Positions 13,530 through 27,973 of a stretch of 64,000 nt of DNA are shown piece after piece. How positions within the stretch are numbered: position 1 is the stretch's first letter; each line of letters begins with the position of its first letter. The notes below the pieces were generated by a model. It was not told where the DNA came from and did no database searches. It saw only the letters and a list, made by a program, of their open reading frames with translations. Source of the DNA: the human T2T-CHM13v2.0 reference genome, Homo sapiens; assembly GCF_009914755.1 (NCBI RefSeq), contig NC_060946.1; one strand, 5' to 3'. The translations under genes were made by a program, and so were the position numbers.

Positions 13530-13965
13530 TGAAGGTTGGATCATCATTCTTATTCTTTCCCCGACTGTGCAATCACCCAGCCACCCCATGCCCTGGTCCC
13601 CCTCTGGGCAGAGTGAGATTTTCTGCCTCTTGCCACAGGGCTTGGGCCTGTGGCTCACTTGGGACAATGAGATGATAGGAAACATGATGTGAGCAGATGT
13701 GGAGGTGTTTGTGTGGCTGGGCTGGGCTTCCCGAGGTTCTGCCCTCAGCATCAGGAGAACATACCTGGGTGGCTATTTCTGCTCCTGCCGGTGCCACAGA
13801 ACAAGTCAGGCAGGACGGGGTCATGCCAGCTGACCTGCTGATCAGACCTGCAACCTGAAGCACACCCACCCTAGTTAACTTTCAGACGCTTGAATAACAA
13901 AAACATTTTTGTTGCTATAAATGATTGCAATTTTTGGTTGTCTGTTACACAGCAAAAGCTGACAG
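13530..13965 (+). mobile_element. MLT1 (I/J-like) MaLR LTR
   Basis: Ends 'ttttggttgtctgttacacagcaaaagctgaca', a MaLR terminus. Confidence 0.7.
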
Positions 13966-14432
13966 TTTTCTCGCCTCTGAAGTTCTTTTATATTATTAAC
14001 TGCTTTTTACTGGTGGTTGATTTGTTTGAGCAACGTGGTGATTTATCGTGTCCAATGCCTCACATTCCAGCATTGGCTGATGTCTTTCTTGCGGTGATGT
14101 TTTGCATGTTCTTCTGTTCCCTGTAGGTAGATCTAGAAGTATACTGATGTTTGAGTTCATTGCATCCTCAGATACACAATGTCTCATCCCACATTTAATA
14201 ATAATAAGACACTTTGCTCTTCAACCATTTGGTCACTCTGAAATCGAGAGTTTGCAGAAAAGGCAGCAAAATTATTTGGATTCTTTCATTTATCAATTTT
14301 TAGAAGCAATGAGTTGATACCCTGGCAACCTCCAAAATGACCATGGGCTTTGTTATTTTTAAGTAATGTCATGAACTCATGGGTTTTACATATTTGATGT
14401 ATGTCAATCTATGGCAGTCACTATTCTGTTGA

Positions 14433-14787
<355 letters not shown>

Positions 14788-15614
14788 TGACTCCTGCGTC
14801 TTTTGATGCCATCTCATTAAGCTTTAATAGCTGCCTTGCTTTCTGACCTTCCACTGTCCATTTTCCCCTAGAGTTAGCCATTCCTCTATGGAGTCCTGTT
14901 TCTTTCAGAAGGAAATGGTGTTTAGAGAGAAGTGTCTGGGCATCAGGATGCCTGTCGATGCTGGACTTTCAGAAGGTAAAACCATCATGCTGAGACTTCC
15001 AACTTAAATGCATGGTTATATCTGCCTCTTTTCACTGCTTAGGTTGAATATATTTGCTTTTTGCTACAACACATATATAATAGTTCAAAATCCCAGTACC
15101 CATTGCACTGCTCAGCACACTGACTCTAAAGGCTGTTGGTGGTGGCTCCACCTGGCATCCTTTGCCGTTTCCATTAGGAATGTGTGGTCAAAACCTTGTG
15201 TTTTGAATTTATGTGAAACTGATCTAATTTATATGGGTATGCCACCTACTTGTCATACAGCATCATTTTTTTTCCAGCTTGCTTCCAAATGATTGGAGAC
15301 ATTTTCCTCTTTTGCTTTAATATTGTCTGTTATTATATAGAATATTTATCTGGTTCTGTAGTCAAAACAAAGAATGAGGCACAATCAGAGTTCCCCCTTC
15401 CATTCTGTTCTCTTCTACCCTGACACCTCCCTTTCTCTTAGGTAACTCCTTTACAATTAGCTTTTACTTTATTATTGCATTGCTTCTTTTCGAAAATATA
15501 AGCAAATGTGTACGTAGATTTGTATTATCTTTTTAGTTGCACAATAATTAACATTTCATAAATACTGTTCTGAGCCTTGCTTTACTAACTTAAAAATATA
15601 TTTAATATATTGTA

Positions 15615-15989
15615 GGCCGGGGTGGTGGCTCATGCCCGTAATCCCAGCACTTTAGAACGCTGAGGTGGGCAGACCACTTAAACCCAGGAGTTTGAAACTA
15701 GCCTGGGCAACATGGCAAGACCCCTTCTCTACAGAAAAATATAAAATTTAGCTGGGCATGATGGTGTGCACCTGGGGTCCCAGCTACTCTAGAGGCTGAG
15801 GCAGGAGGGTAGTTTAAGCCTGGGAGGTTGAGGTTGCAGTGAGCCAAGATCATGCCACTGCACTCCAGCACTCTCTCACCCATTCTCTTGTCTAGCATGG
15901 GTGAGAGAGTGAGACTCTGTCTTAAATATATATATATGTACGTGTATATATATGTGTGTATATATATATGTATGTGTATATATATATAA
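15615..15989 (+). mobile_element. AluJ with internal inverted insertion and (TA)/(TG) tail
   Basis: Diverged Alu body; 27-nt extra sequence near the 3' end; tail is a TA microsatellite. Confidence 0.93.
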
Positions 15990-16050
15990 TCACTCTGTAG
16001 TAAAATATTAATAATTTCCTCATTTCCACACTTTGTTTTACCATAGTGGA

Positions 16051-16283
16051 CAGTGGTGAGTGCTAGTAAATGTTTAGAACTGGCGCTCTGGAAAAATGTG
16101 ATTAGATTTTTATCTATCTATCATCTCTCTCTCTCTCTCTATCGTCTATTTATCTATGTATCTAATCTATGTATCTATGTATCTATCTATGTGTGTATAT
16201 AACTATCTATGTATCTATGTATCTATCTATGTATCTATCTGTGTCTCTATGTATCTATGTATGTATGTATGTATGTATGTATG

Positions 16284-16325
<42 letters not shown>

Positions 16326-16761
16326 CCTACCTACCTGCGTAGCTACCTATCTCGCTTTCTAGCTATCTAATGATATAAAGGATGGTAAGCATAGTTTACA
16401 AACAATAATGAAATGTGCAATAGTCTTTATTGTTAATTCCACGTGAACAATTCTCATAGAATGTTTCTGTTGATTTTGGCCAAACTCTAGAACCTGTAGC
16501 CCATATATGGTTGCAATTTAACCCTAAGTTGACAAAATCAGTCTATGAATCAATGTTTGTTGTTACCCAATAGAGCAAAGAAGCCATCTCTGTCCCTGGC
16601 AAATGAGCGTAGTTCTGAGAGGGATGGCGGTTGATGTTTCCATTTGCCTTAATGGGAACCATGAAAGTGTAATAATGAGATGTGTGGCACGTCTTCACCT
16701 GCTCCTGGAAATGAATATCTTGCTCTCAGGTGCTGGGAGGAGCCTGCTGCACACACCAGTG
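16051..16761. mobile_element. Arthur1-like hAT-Tip100 element
   Basis: Left end cagtggtgagtgctagtaaatgtttag and right end gcacacaccagtg are imperfect TIRs like CAGTGGTGTGCTGG. Confidence 0.55.
16111..16370. repeat. Compound (TCTA)n/(TGTA)n tetranucleotide microsatellite
   Basis: Direct reading. Confidence 0.97.
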
Positions 16762-18454
16762 CACCTGCCCTACGCCGTTGTGTGCGTTCTCATCTCTTCC
16801 TCCGCTCCCTGCTGCTGGAGAGTCAGTGCCCCATACTGAGTTTTACTGTGAAAAGTGCTGACATGATGAATCAGTGCGTGCACATGCCATTTCATGTGTT
16901 GACAGGTGCGTCTTTGGAATAGATCCTTAAAGGTGGGCATGCTGACCTGCTACTTTTTTATATTCTATGATTTTTTTGTCATAGTTTCCACTTATTCTTT
17001 TGTGCTTACTAAACATGCAATCATACCACCTGCAAACTGAGATAGCTTATCTCTCTTTTTGGTTATTAATCCTTGAATCGAATTCTCTTGTCTAGCTGCA
17101 TTAGCTGTTACTTCCACTACAATGTCAAGCACTAGTGGGAAGAGTGGTCATCATAGTCTTGTTTGTGCATTTAGTGGAAACGCCTGTGCCATTTCTCCAT
17201 TAAGTAAATGCTGGCTTTTGAATTAAAGTATATGACATTTATCAGGTTAAAAAATCCATCAATTATTATTTTACTAAATATTATTTTGTATACGGAATGA
17301 GTGTTGAATTTTGTTAAATGACCTTTTACTTTTTATAAATATGACTGGATGACTTTTTCATCTAGACCAATTAATATGATGAATGTATTATATTAATGTT
17401 TTTCTTAATATTGAATTATCCCTGCATTCCTGGAATGAACCCCAGTTGTCATGTTATATTTAATTTTTAATGTGATTAGGATTTTGTTTACAAATTATCT
17501 ACTCTATTATTTGAAAATTTCTAAATATCATATTTGACATTTTGCATTAATGTTCGTGATATTAATCTGTATTTTTATTGTGCTTGAAAAAGATTCAGAT
17601 GAATGCCTTTCTTGCTTCACAAATAGGATTTGGAAATTGTCCCCCTTTATCTATGCTTCTAAATATTCCAAATAGCAGTAAGATTTTTGATATTTGCTAA
17701 AATTCCCTTGTGAAATCACTTTGGCTTTTTTTGGCTTGTTTCATGGAAAATAACTATAGTTTCGCTTCTTGTAGAAAATTGGCCTTTTTAGATTCCTTAC
17801 GGGGACTTGAGCCATTTTTCAGTAAACTTTTTTTTCTTGGAAGTTGTCAATTTCAATTAGGTCTTCAATTTATTTGCAAAGAAATGTACACAATTTTTAA
17901 ATTAAAAATTCTTTCATTTTGACAGCTATTTACTCCTTGTCATTTCCTACTTTGTACATTTGTGCTTTTTGCTTTTTAAAAAATGAAGTTGGTTATTGGG
18001 ATCCAGTTGCCAATTCCCAGGACAAGGGACAGAGGGACCAGTTGAATGAACTGCATGGCCCAAGTTTTTCAACCGTTTAGCTGTAAGGAAAAGAATGGAG
18101 TGGAGGGAACCTGTAGAGTAAAAGTAATGGGAAAAGCATCCTGTTTAAACGTGACCAAAACAAGTGGGTCAGGGGTTTGCCTTTTCCAAAGGCACCAGCT
18201 TGATTAATGTAGTCATAACGCAGAGATTTTCTGCATTATGTCATTCTTGTCTTTTTTTTTCTTTTCTCATTATGAATTACTTCCTTCTATTTCTTTCCAG
18301 GCACTATATGGATATTTCTCCCATTTTTAAATTCAGTATTTATCTTGTTCATTTTTACGAAAATACTTATTATGAATTTTCCAAAGCTCAGCTATAGATG
18401 CATTTCTCATAGATCTGGGATTCATTTTTTTTAATTATTGTAATTTGCCAAAGT

Positions 18455-20856
18455 CAGGCACACCTTGTTTTATTACACTTTGCAGAAATTGCATTTTCTG
18501 CAAATTGAAGGTTTGTGGCAACCTTGCGTTGAGGAAGTCTATTGGCGCTATTTTTCCAACAGCGAGTGCTCACTTTGTGTCTCTGTGCCACATTTGGATA
18601 ATTTTCACAATATTCCAATTTCTTTCATTATTATTATATTTGTTTTGGTGATCTGTGATCTTTGATGTTACCATTGTAATTGTTTTGGGGACACCACAGA
18701 CTGCACCCATATAAGATGGCAAACTTAATAGACAAATGTGTGTGTTCTGATTGCTTCACTGACCATCTATTCCCCATCTCTCTCCCTCTCCTCTGGCCTT
18801 CCTATTCCCTGAGACGCAACAGCATTGAAATTAGGCCAGTTAATAACTCTACGATGGCCTCTAACTGTTCAAGTGAAGAGAAGAGTCACAAGTCTCTTGA
18901 TTTACATCAGAAGCTAGAAGTGGTGGGGCTTGGTCGGGAAGGCAGGTCCAATGCCAAGATGGGAAGAAAGCGAGGCCACTTGTGGCAAATGGTCAGCTGC
19001 GGTGTGAGTGAAAAGGAACAGTTCTTGAAGGTAATTAAAAGTGCTACTCCAGCGAACACATGAATGGTGAGAAAGGAAACAGGCTTCTTGCTGATATGGA
19101 GAAAGTTTGAGTGGTCTGGATAGAAGATCAAACCAGCCACAACATTCCCTTAAGCCAAAGCCTAATCCAGAGGAAGACCCTAACTCTCTTCAATTCTGTG
19201 AAGGGTTGAGAGAAGAGAGAAAGCTGCAGAAGAAAAGTGGAAGCTAGCAGAGGTTTGTTCATGAAGTTTGAGGAAAGAATTCGTCTCCATAAAAGTACAA
19301 GGTGAAGCAGCAAGTGCTGATGGAGAAGCTGCAGCAAGTTCTCCAGAAGATCTAGCTAAGATCATTGATGAAGGTGGCTACTCTAAACAGATTTTCAATG
19401 AAGATAAAACAGCCTTCTACTGGAAGAAGATGCCATCTAGGACTTTCATAGCTAGAGAGGAGAAGTCAATTCCTGACTTCAAGGACAGGCTCTCTTGTGA
19501 GGGGCTAGTGCAGCTGGTGACTTTAAGTGTAAGCCAATACTCATTGATCATTCAGAAAATCCTAGGGCCCTTAAGGATTATGCAAAATCTACTCTGCCCG
19601 TGACTCTGTAAGTGGAACAACAAAGCGTGGATGAAAGCCCACCTGTTTATGGCATGGTTTACTGAATATTTAAGCCCACTGTCGAGACCTACTGCTCAGA
19701 AAAAAGATTCCTTTCACTATATTACTGCTCATTGATAAGGTATCTCATCACCCAAGAGCTGTGATTGCTCATTGATAAGGTATCTCGTCACCCAAGAGCT
19801 GTGATGGAGATGTTCAAGGGAATGAATGCTGTGTTCATGCTGCTAACACAACATCCATTCCACAGCCCATGGATCAAGGAGTAATTTCAATGTTAATGTC
19901 TTATTCTTTAAGAAATACATTTGATAAGGCTATGGCTGCCATAGATTGTGATTCCTCTGATGGACCTGGGCAAAGTCAATTGCAAACCGTGTGGAGAGGA
20001 TTCACCATTCTAGATTTCATTAAGAGCATTTGTGATTCATGAGAGGAGGTCAAAATATCAACATTGATAGAAGTTTAGGAGAAGTTGGTTCCAGCCCTCA
20101 GGAATGGCTTTGAGGAGCTGAAGGTTTCAGTGGAGGGAGTCACTGCAGATGGGTGGAAACAGCAAGAGAACTAGAATTAGAGGTGGCATCTCTATGATTG
20201 AATTGCTGCAATCTCATGATAAAGCTTGAACGAATGAAGGGCTGCTTCTTAGGGATGATCAAAGAAAGTAGTTTATTGAAATGGAAACTTCTGGTGAAGA
20301 CGATGCGAACATTGTTGGAAACACAGCAAAGGATTTGGAATATTTATTATTTACAGTTAGTCGATAAAGCAGCAGCAGGGTTTGGGTGGATTGAGTCCAA
20401 TTTTGAAAGAAGTTCTGGGAGTAAAATGTTATCAAACAGAGTTGCATGCTACAGAAACATCTTTTGTGGAAGGAAGAGTCCATTGATGTGGCAGACTTCA
20501 CTGTTGTGTTATTTTACAAAATTGCCACAGCCACCCCCACCTTCAGCAACCACCACTCTAATCAGTCATCAGCCACCAACATCCAGGCAAGGCCCTCCAC
20601 CAACAAAAAGATTATGGCTTGCTGAAGGCTTGGAGGATTGTTACTATTTTTTAGCACTAAAGTATTTTAAAATAAGGGATGCGTATTATATTTTTAGACA
20701 TAATGCTATTTCATACTTAATAGACTACAATATAGTGTAAACCTAAGTTATATATGTAGTAGGAAACTAAAATATGTGTGGAACTCACCTTATTGTGATA
20801 TTGACTTTATCGCAGTGGCCTGGAGCTGAACCCACAATATCTCTGAGGTGTACCTG
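18455..20856 (+). mobile_element. Tigger1 DNA transposon, essentially full length (~2.4 kb)
   Basis: TIRs caggcacacct.. / ..gaggtgtacctg+TA; internal sequence matches Tigger1. Confidence 0.95.
18853..20260 (+). pseudogene. Disrupted Tigger1 (pogo-family) transposase; 3' boundary approximate
   Basis: MASNCSSEEKSHKSLDLHQKLEVVGL...KEQFLKVIKSATPANT then stop; later fragment [60 protein letters not shown]; multiple stops and frameshifts. Confidence 0.9.
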
Positions 20857-21228
20857 TATTCTATCATTTTGTTTTAAACTTCCTCTTTGATTCACGATGA
20901 TACCATGTTCAGAATACTAATTGTTTTTATTTTGGCCTAATAATATGGTCAGTGTTTATAGATACATCCTATGCACTTAAAAAAGTAGTTCACAGTTTAA
21001 AAATCAGAATCTGTAGGTGGCACCTACGTGTCGTTCAGGCCTAACTGTAACCTGATGCTTTGTCCATTTGATCTATTTTTCTACCATTAGGTGTATTTTA
21101 CTGTTTTTAGCAGTGTCTGTCAAAATTTTGTATTTTGTATTCATCAGAATTTGTTATATTTCATAGTTTCTCTTTATCAAACTTTTGTTTGTTATTGAAT
21201 GCACCAAAATAAAAAAAAAAAATTGATA

Positions 21229-21679
21229 CAGTTGGCACTTAAACAACATGGGTTTGAACTGCATGGGTCATTTTTACGTGAATTTTCTTCTGCCACCGCC
21301 ACCCCTGAGAGAGCAAGACCAGCCCCTCCTCCTCCTCCTCTTCCTCCTCCTCAGCCCACTCAACAGGAAGGCCACGAAGATGGAAACCTTTACGATGATC
21401 CACTTCCACTTTATGAATAGTAAACACATTTTCTCCGCCTTACGATTTTCTTAATAACCTTTTCTTTTCTCTAGCTTACCTTGTTTTAAGAATATGGCAT
21501 ATAATACAGACAACATAAAAATATGTGTTAGTTGATTTTTTATGTTATCAATAAGGCTTCCAGTCAACAGCAGGCTACTAGTAGTAGTGAAGTTTTTGGG
21601 GAGTCAAAATTGATATGCAGATCTTTAACTGCACAGGGGGGTAGCAGCCCCTAACCCCATGTGGTTCAAGGGTCAATTC
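21229..21679. mobile_element. Tigger2a/MER28-like non-autonomous element
   Basis: TA-flanked TIRs cagttggcacttaaacaacatggg / gtggttcaagggtcaattc; characteristic cctcctcct tract. Confidence 0.85.
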
Positions 21680-22469
21680 TACTTTTGCCATGAATTCCAT
21701 CTCCACCCTGTTGATTGCTTTGGTCTGAACCCTTCTTGCCAGAGATCAATCACACGGACCCTGCTTCCTTTCTAATCGTGCTTTCTTAGCATTTCTTTGC
21801 TCATGTTGTTATTTTTATCTTTGTGAATCTCTTCGTCTCACACAGATCTCATGCATGTATCACAGAGGCAGGTCTTTTTTGCTCACATAGCTCTGACTGG
21901 GGGAGTTAAGCCTTTGTACGTGCGCCGATACAGCCTGTATGTCTGGCCTCGGCACGCTCATGTGTGGCTTATGATTTTTTAAAATTCTTGGCTTTTTTGG
22001 CTGTATCTGGTGTTTGGGAATATTTGCATGTTTGTTCTGATACAGTTATCCTTGCATTTTTTTTAAATCTCTGCTCTTCTCATGCGTGGCTGCTCTGCAT
22101 TCGTTTCCATAATGAGCAGTTGTGAAATGAGCCAGCAACCTCTTCTCCCTTCCCACCCTTTTCTTCAGCATTTACACAAAGTCATGTCTTGCTGCTCTCA
22201 GTCAAGATCTAGGAGGCAATCGGAGAGTTCTCCCACCTTCCACATATCCTGGTTTTCCTGCAAATTAGTTGTAATTGTGTTTTCTCAGCGTACGACAACC
22301 CCACACTGTTGTGTGTGCTCAGCCCGGGCCTTATGCTGAGGCTTCTGCCGTAATCTCTGGCTTTGTCTGCAGGCCCTTCTGGAGCTGGTTCCCAGGAAGG
22401 ACCCATAGGGGTTGCAGGGCTTGAGTTCTTATTTGTTCATAACTGTCTGTGGTCTATACCTGAAGGTCA

Positions 22470-22919
<450 letters not shown>

Positions 22920-24424
22920 TTACACGCACAGTGGCTGTGTGTCCCTGTTTGCCCAAAACAGTTCCGGTTTATGGCTGTTGTCCATGCGATAGAGCAGATG
23001 CAAACATGCTTCCTTTTAGCTCAGAAATTCCCGATTGGCTGAGAGATTCTAGCGTCACCTGCTGATTTCCTCACATTGCCCAGCAGAAGCCTTCTCTATC
23101 TTTAAAGCCCAGTGTTTTATTAGAATATTGTTCAGCGTTGACCATTCTGGGTGCTTTAGGGTCCTGGGTACAAGAATGCACTCCTTGGACACATCTTCCT
23201 CGAGTTCAGCAATGATGGCTTTCAGGACGTGGCGAGCCTGGCGTCTCTTCCATTGTCTTCCTCTCCACTTTTGGCCATTTCTGTTCACCTGTATCCAGAC
23301 CTTCTTTGCTTCTATCCCATAACTGTGAGTTTTTTCTATCATCTTTACTTTGAGATTCCATCCCCCCGATGCCCATTTCTCCTTTCTACCTCTCACTGAT
23401 TTGACTGTGATCTCTTGGTGTCTGTTCACTCTTACGTTTGTACTGTTTCAATTCTTGTTTCTAAAATGTGCCTTTTTCTTTCAAAAAATTTTTCTGCACT
23501 CTTTCCGTCTTTTGACTTCCCCTCCTTGTTTAGCCAGCGTATTTCTGAGATTTTCTATTTTAATTTCTTGTGTTCTTTCATGCATCTGTCATTTCCCTAA
23601 TTTTGCTCAGTTCATCTATTGCATTGAGCTGGGTTGCATCTGCTTGGAGGCTGCATGATCTTAACTAGCTCATAATTCAGTTCCCGTTTACTTTTTATTC
23701 TCACAAAGGTGTCTTTGTGTGGAATTTTTCACAGCCCTTTTCTCTTGCTTACTTTTGAATAAGATTGATGCTCCTGTATGTTAGAGGGTGTCCGTGTGCA
23801 GGTGGAGAGGCATGGGCCAAGGTGTTTTTCTTACCCTCACAACCAAGGATTCTTCCTCTGTTACATCAAAAGTGTTGAAGCCACAGCCTCTTGGTACAGC
23901 CGCCTCTATGACACTGAGGGCCGTTGGCCAGCGCCTGGCCCAGGACCTGAGCCACACCCTCTTTTCCAACCGTATCCCACCCTTCACAATTTGGAATCTA
24001 CACCAGAAGGTTTCTCAGGGTGGGGCCTGTCCTTCTGAAGGGTGACTCTGTTGGGGATTTGCTGCATCCTTGAAGGCCTCGGCTGCCCCAGCATTCCCTC
24101 ATCCTCCCATGGTCCCCCACAGTCTTTTGTGGCCGCCTCAGAACGGGGCCGCGCAGCCCTCTCTGGGTGTCATGGTTCTTCTTGAGGAGACACCTGCTCG
24201 GAATGTGCGGCTCTGCTTGGGGGAGCCTCTTATTGGGTTCCTATGTCGGGGGCTCTTAGCAGAGGCGAGCGCTCACATCCCTCCACCCCGAGGCGTGCCC
24301 ACATGGTCCCACTGCAATCTGTGTTCCCAGATGAGCAGGGTTGCCGGGGAAAGGAGAGTTCCTAACGATGCTGTTCGGGGACTTTGGGGACTCCGTCAGC
24401 ACCTGTTCTGGTTTTATCCCAGTA

Positions 24425-24598
24425 TTTTTTTTTGTTTTTTTTTTTTGAGATGGAGTCTCACTCTGTCACCCAGGCTGGAGTGCAGGAGCACCATCTCGGC
24501 TCACTGCAACCTCCACCTCCTGGGTTCAAGTGATTCTCCTGCCTCAGCCTCCTAAGTAGCTGGGACTGCAGGTGCCTGCCACCAAGCCCAGCTAATTT
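24425..24598 (-). mobile_element. Alu right monomer only (5'-truncated)
   Basis: Poly-T plus right arm ending at cagctaattt. Confidence 0.93.
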
Positions 24599-25819
24599 GT
24601 CTCTGTTGTTTGTCTGCATCCACGGGGAATTTGGGAGATGGATAAACAGCACGGCCACTTGATCTTGCCTGAGCAGTACTGTTGTTACTGTCACTGCTGC
24701 TGTGATTGCTGCACTCTGCCCGTGTTTCCAGGGGCCTGCAGCAGAGAATCTTCAGGTTATTGCATTTTGTCATATTCATGAAAATGGAAGTTCTTGTCTT
24801 TTTCTGTCACTTGCTGCCTTTCTGCAACATATCAGGAATTCTGTCTCTTTATGTTACTGAGGAAGCAGCTTAAGCCAGTGGCTGAGCGTGCGGGTGCTCA
24901 GTCATTCCGCCTGCATCCGTCTCTGCACTGCCGCTCGTTAGCCGTGGAGCACGGGGCAGGGAAAGTAAACTCTGTGAGTCCACGGCCCCCTCCACAACCT
25001 TGGGCTGAACCTGGCGCATTTTCCATAGCAGGATTGTGAGTATTTGATAATTCCCCCAATAGTGGACCGTGTCAGGCACGCCGCAAGTGTTCAGCAAATA
25101 GCAATTTATCATGGAGTCCACCTGCTTTCTAAGCTTTAATTCTAATTGCGCCAACTCACACCTTTTTGAGACTTTGCGGTGATGTTTGCTTTCCTTCAAT
25201 CTCAGTAATTTTTCACTAGCTCCGTGTTGATAAGCGTCTGCATAGTTGCAAGTGGGAGACACCTGTTCATTGTCACGCTTTGCCTACGGGCCCTGCATGT
25301 GCATGTGTGTCGTGGTGCAGGTGAAAGCCACCATCCGCTTACAGAGGGAGGGTGGACTCCTGTGGGTGAGTGGGTGGGAAAGGACAGTCCTGGAGTTTCA
25401 CTGCCAGATGTGGCTGCGCTGTGGGCTGCCTGCACCACGGTGGGGGGTTTCAGCCACTCTCTCGGCACCACACCTGCAGCCTGGCTCCGTGACATGGCTG
25501 AGCCGCCTGTGGGTTGAGGACCCCGGGGATAACTGAGATGTGGGAGGAGCACAGAAAGTGCAGGGGGGCGCCCGCTCGTCTGCAGAGCCACTGCCCATCC
25601 CAACACCAGCCTTGAGCCTCTGCACCCCCAGACGTGCCCACTCAGACCTGCTTGCCTGCCAAGACCCATCTCCATGCTCAGGTCATCCTGGTTCTCCCTG
25701 ACGATGCCCTCCTGGAAGCTCCTCGGCACTGGGCGTTGATCCCTGGAGTTCTGGCTACAAGGTGTTGGCAACAGTGACAATGGACATGGAGGTCCGTGGG
25801 CCACAGGGGTCTGCCTTCC

Positions 25820-25950
25820 CATCCTGGCTCCACACATGCAGGGCTGGCTGTGTGCCCTTGATGGTCACTTCCTTCCGAGTCTCTACTTCCTCCTCTGTAA
25901 ATGGAGTCGACACCCCCTTCTGAAGGTCTGTGAGGATTCGGTGAGAGGAT
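25820..25950 (+). mobile_element. MIR fragment
   Basis: 'atcctggctccac...gtctctacttcctcctctgtaaatgga...tgtgaggatt' MIR core. Confidence 0.65.
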
Positions 25951-27047
25951 GGAAGCCACATCCCAGTGAGCGGTGGGCCAGGTGGGACCGGCAAGCCCAG
26001 TACCCCCCGCCCTTGGTCCCTAGGGTCTCTGTGGCTCCCTGGAAGACGCAGCTTCTGCGAGAAGGGGATGCAGGGCTTGGCTATCTTCAGCCGCTCCAAA
26101 AGGCTGGCTTTGATGGTGCTTAGACCATGGTGGGTATTGAGCCGTAAGAACTTGTTAGAGACATGTAGGGCTGAGAGCTCAGTCCTTGGTGGGAGGAGTC
26201 CAGTCCCGGGGTGGAGCCCTCTGCATTCAAGGGTCTGGGCTGTCGGGTCTGCGCGCTCTGAGGTCCCAGCCCTGGCTTTTCCCTACTGTGGGGGAGGGGC
26301 TGCCCAAAGAGCCCCTGGGGGGCGGGGGGTCGCCTCTCTCCCCTGGCCAGCCCCAGCCGGCAGCTCTGCCACTGGACCTCAGCCTCGCTCTAGGACACCC
26401 CAAACCTTTCTCAAACCAATCATCTCATGTTGATGGACGAAATTAGTCTCTGAATTCTAATGAGACTGTGCACTCGGGAGACAGACAGCTCATCTGAACA
26501 TTAAATGAGAAAAATTGCCACTTTTGCTGGTTCCTTTAGAAACTCATTTGCATTCTGTCAGCTTTCATTATGAAAGGGAACTGCAGATATGGTGGGATGT
26601 GGGCGGGGGGGTCCCTCTGGCCTGGCCTGGGGCTGGTGCAGTGTGTGGCAGGGAGGCCGGGCCCTCCTAGCTCCCTCGGGGCCTCTGCTGCTGGCCCCAC
26701 GGAGGCACTGGGGCTTCCCTCCTGACCTGCACATTGCCCCCCCCATCCTCCTGGGGTGGTGGGGGTTGAGATATACCTTCCTCCTCTCCCTTCCTCGCCG
26801 CCCTGGAGCGAAATCCAGAAGCTCAGCGTCTTCCCTGCTTAAACTTCCCTGTGCAGGGGTCTGAGCAGGCGCAAAGCCCCTGGTACGGGCACAGACACAG
26901 TCATGGGCAGGTGGCCGCCCTCCTGCACTATTTTCTTTGGCTGGGTGAAAAATCACCCTCAGACTTTGTGGCTTAAGACAACAGTGGTCCCTCCTCACCA
27001 CCCTACATCCTGACTGGGCTGTTTTTCTGTTGAGCTGAACTCCCGAG

Positions 27048-27380
27048 CCTCACCTACAGGACCCACCCATGGGATCCACACAAGGGACCCACCCAGTGGA
27101 CCCACCAACAAGACTCACCCATGGGACCCACCCACGGGACTCACCAGAGGACCCACCCACGGGATTCACCCACCGGCCTCACCCACAGGCCCACCCATGG
27201 GACCCACCAGAGGACCTACTCACGGGATTCACCCACGTGACTCACCAGAGGACCCACCCACGGGATTCACCCACCGGCCTCACCCACAGGCCCACCCATG
27301 GGACTCACCCACAGGACCCACCCAGGGAACTCATTTATGGGACCCACCCATGGGACTCACCATCCATGAAGACCCACCCT
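27048..27380. repeat. Degenerate minisatellite of ~13/26-bp (ggacccacccatg/ggactcacccaca) units
   Basis: Direct reading. Confidence 0.9.
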
Positions 27381-27782
27381 TGAGGAACGGGAAGGCTGGG
27401 ACATGGGTGGCCACCATCTTCAAAGACCAAGTGTCGGTCCACATGGGGCCACAGGGAGCCAGGGCCCTTCTCACCTGTCGAAGTGGCTGGTGAGATGTTT
27501 CCCCTTCACCCAAGACCCCAAATACTCCTTCCATTGCAGGAACAGCTTCAGGTCCAGCTGTGGCTTCTCCTGACCTGGGGATGGCAACACCAGCCATGCG
27601 GTGAGGACAGGAGGACGGCCCTGTGACGGGTGTTTCAGCCAGGACAGGAGGACCCGGAAGTGGGTGGGCAGAGCAGTGCTGACATCCAGCTGGGCACACA
27701 CACCGCCCCCAGACTCAAGGCCAGGAAATAGCTCTTGACCCACGCCCAGTGCTCTCCTCTTGGGACCGTTCCTTAATCCTTA

Positions 27783-27973
27783 ATCCAAATCTGGCCCACT
27801 GCTTGCTTTGTAAATAAAGTTTTATTGGAACACGACAATGCCGATTCATTTATGTGCTGTCTAGGGTTGTTTCTGTGCCCCAGTGGCAGTGTCTATACCT
27901 CCAGAGACCCCAGGACTGGTAAGGCCTGGGCAATTTGTTGTCTGGGCCTTCAGAGAAAGCCTGCCCATCCCTG
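27783..27973 (+). mobile_element. MER58A (hAT-Charlie)
   Basis: ccaaatctggcccactgc..tgtaaataaagttttattggaacac...gcccatccctg. Confidence 0.85.
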
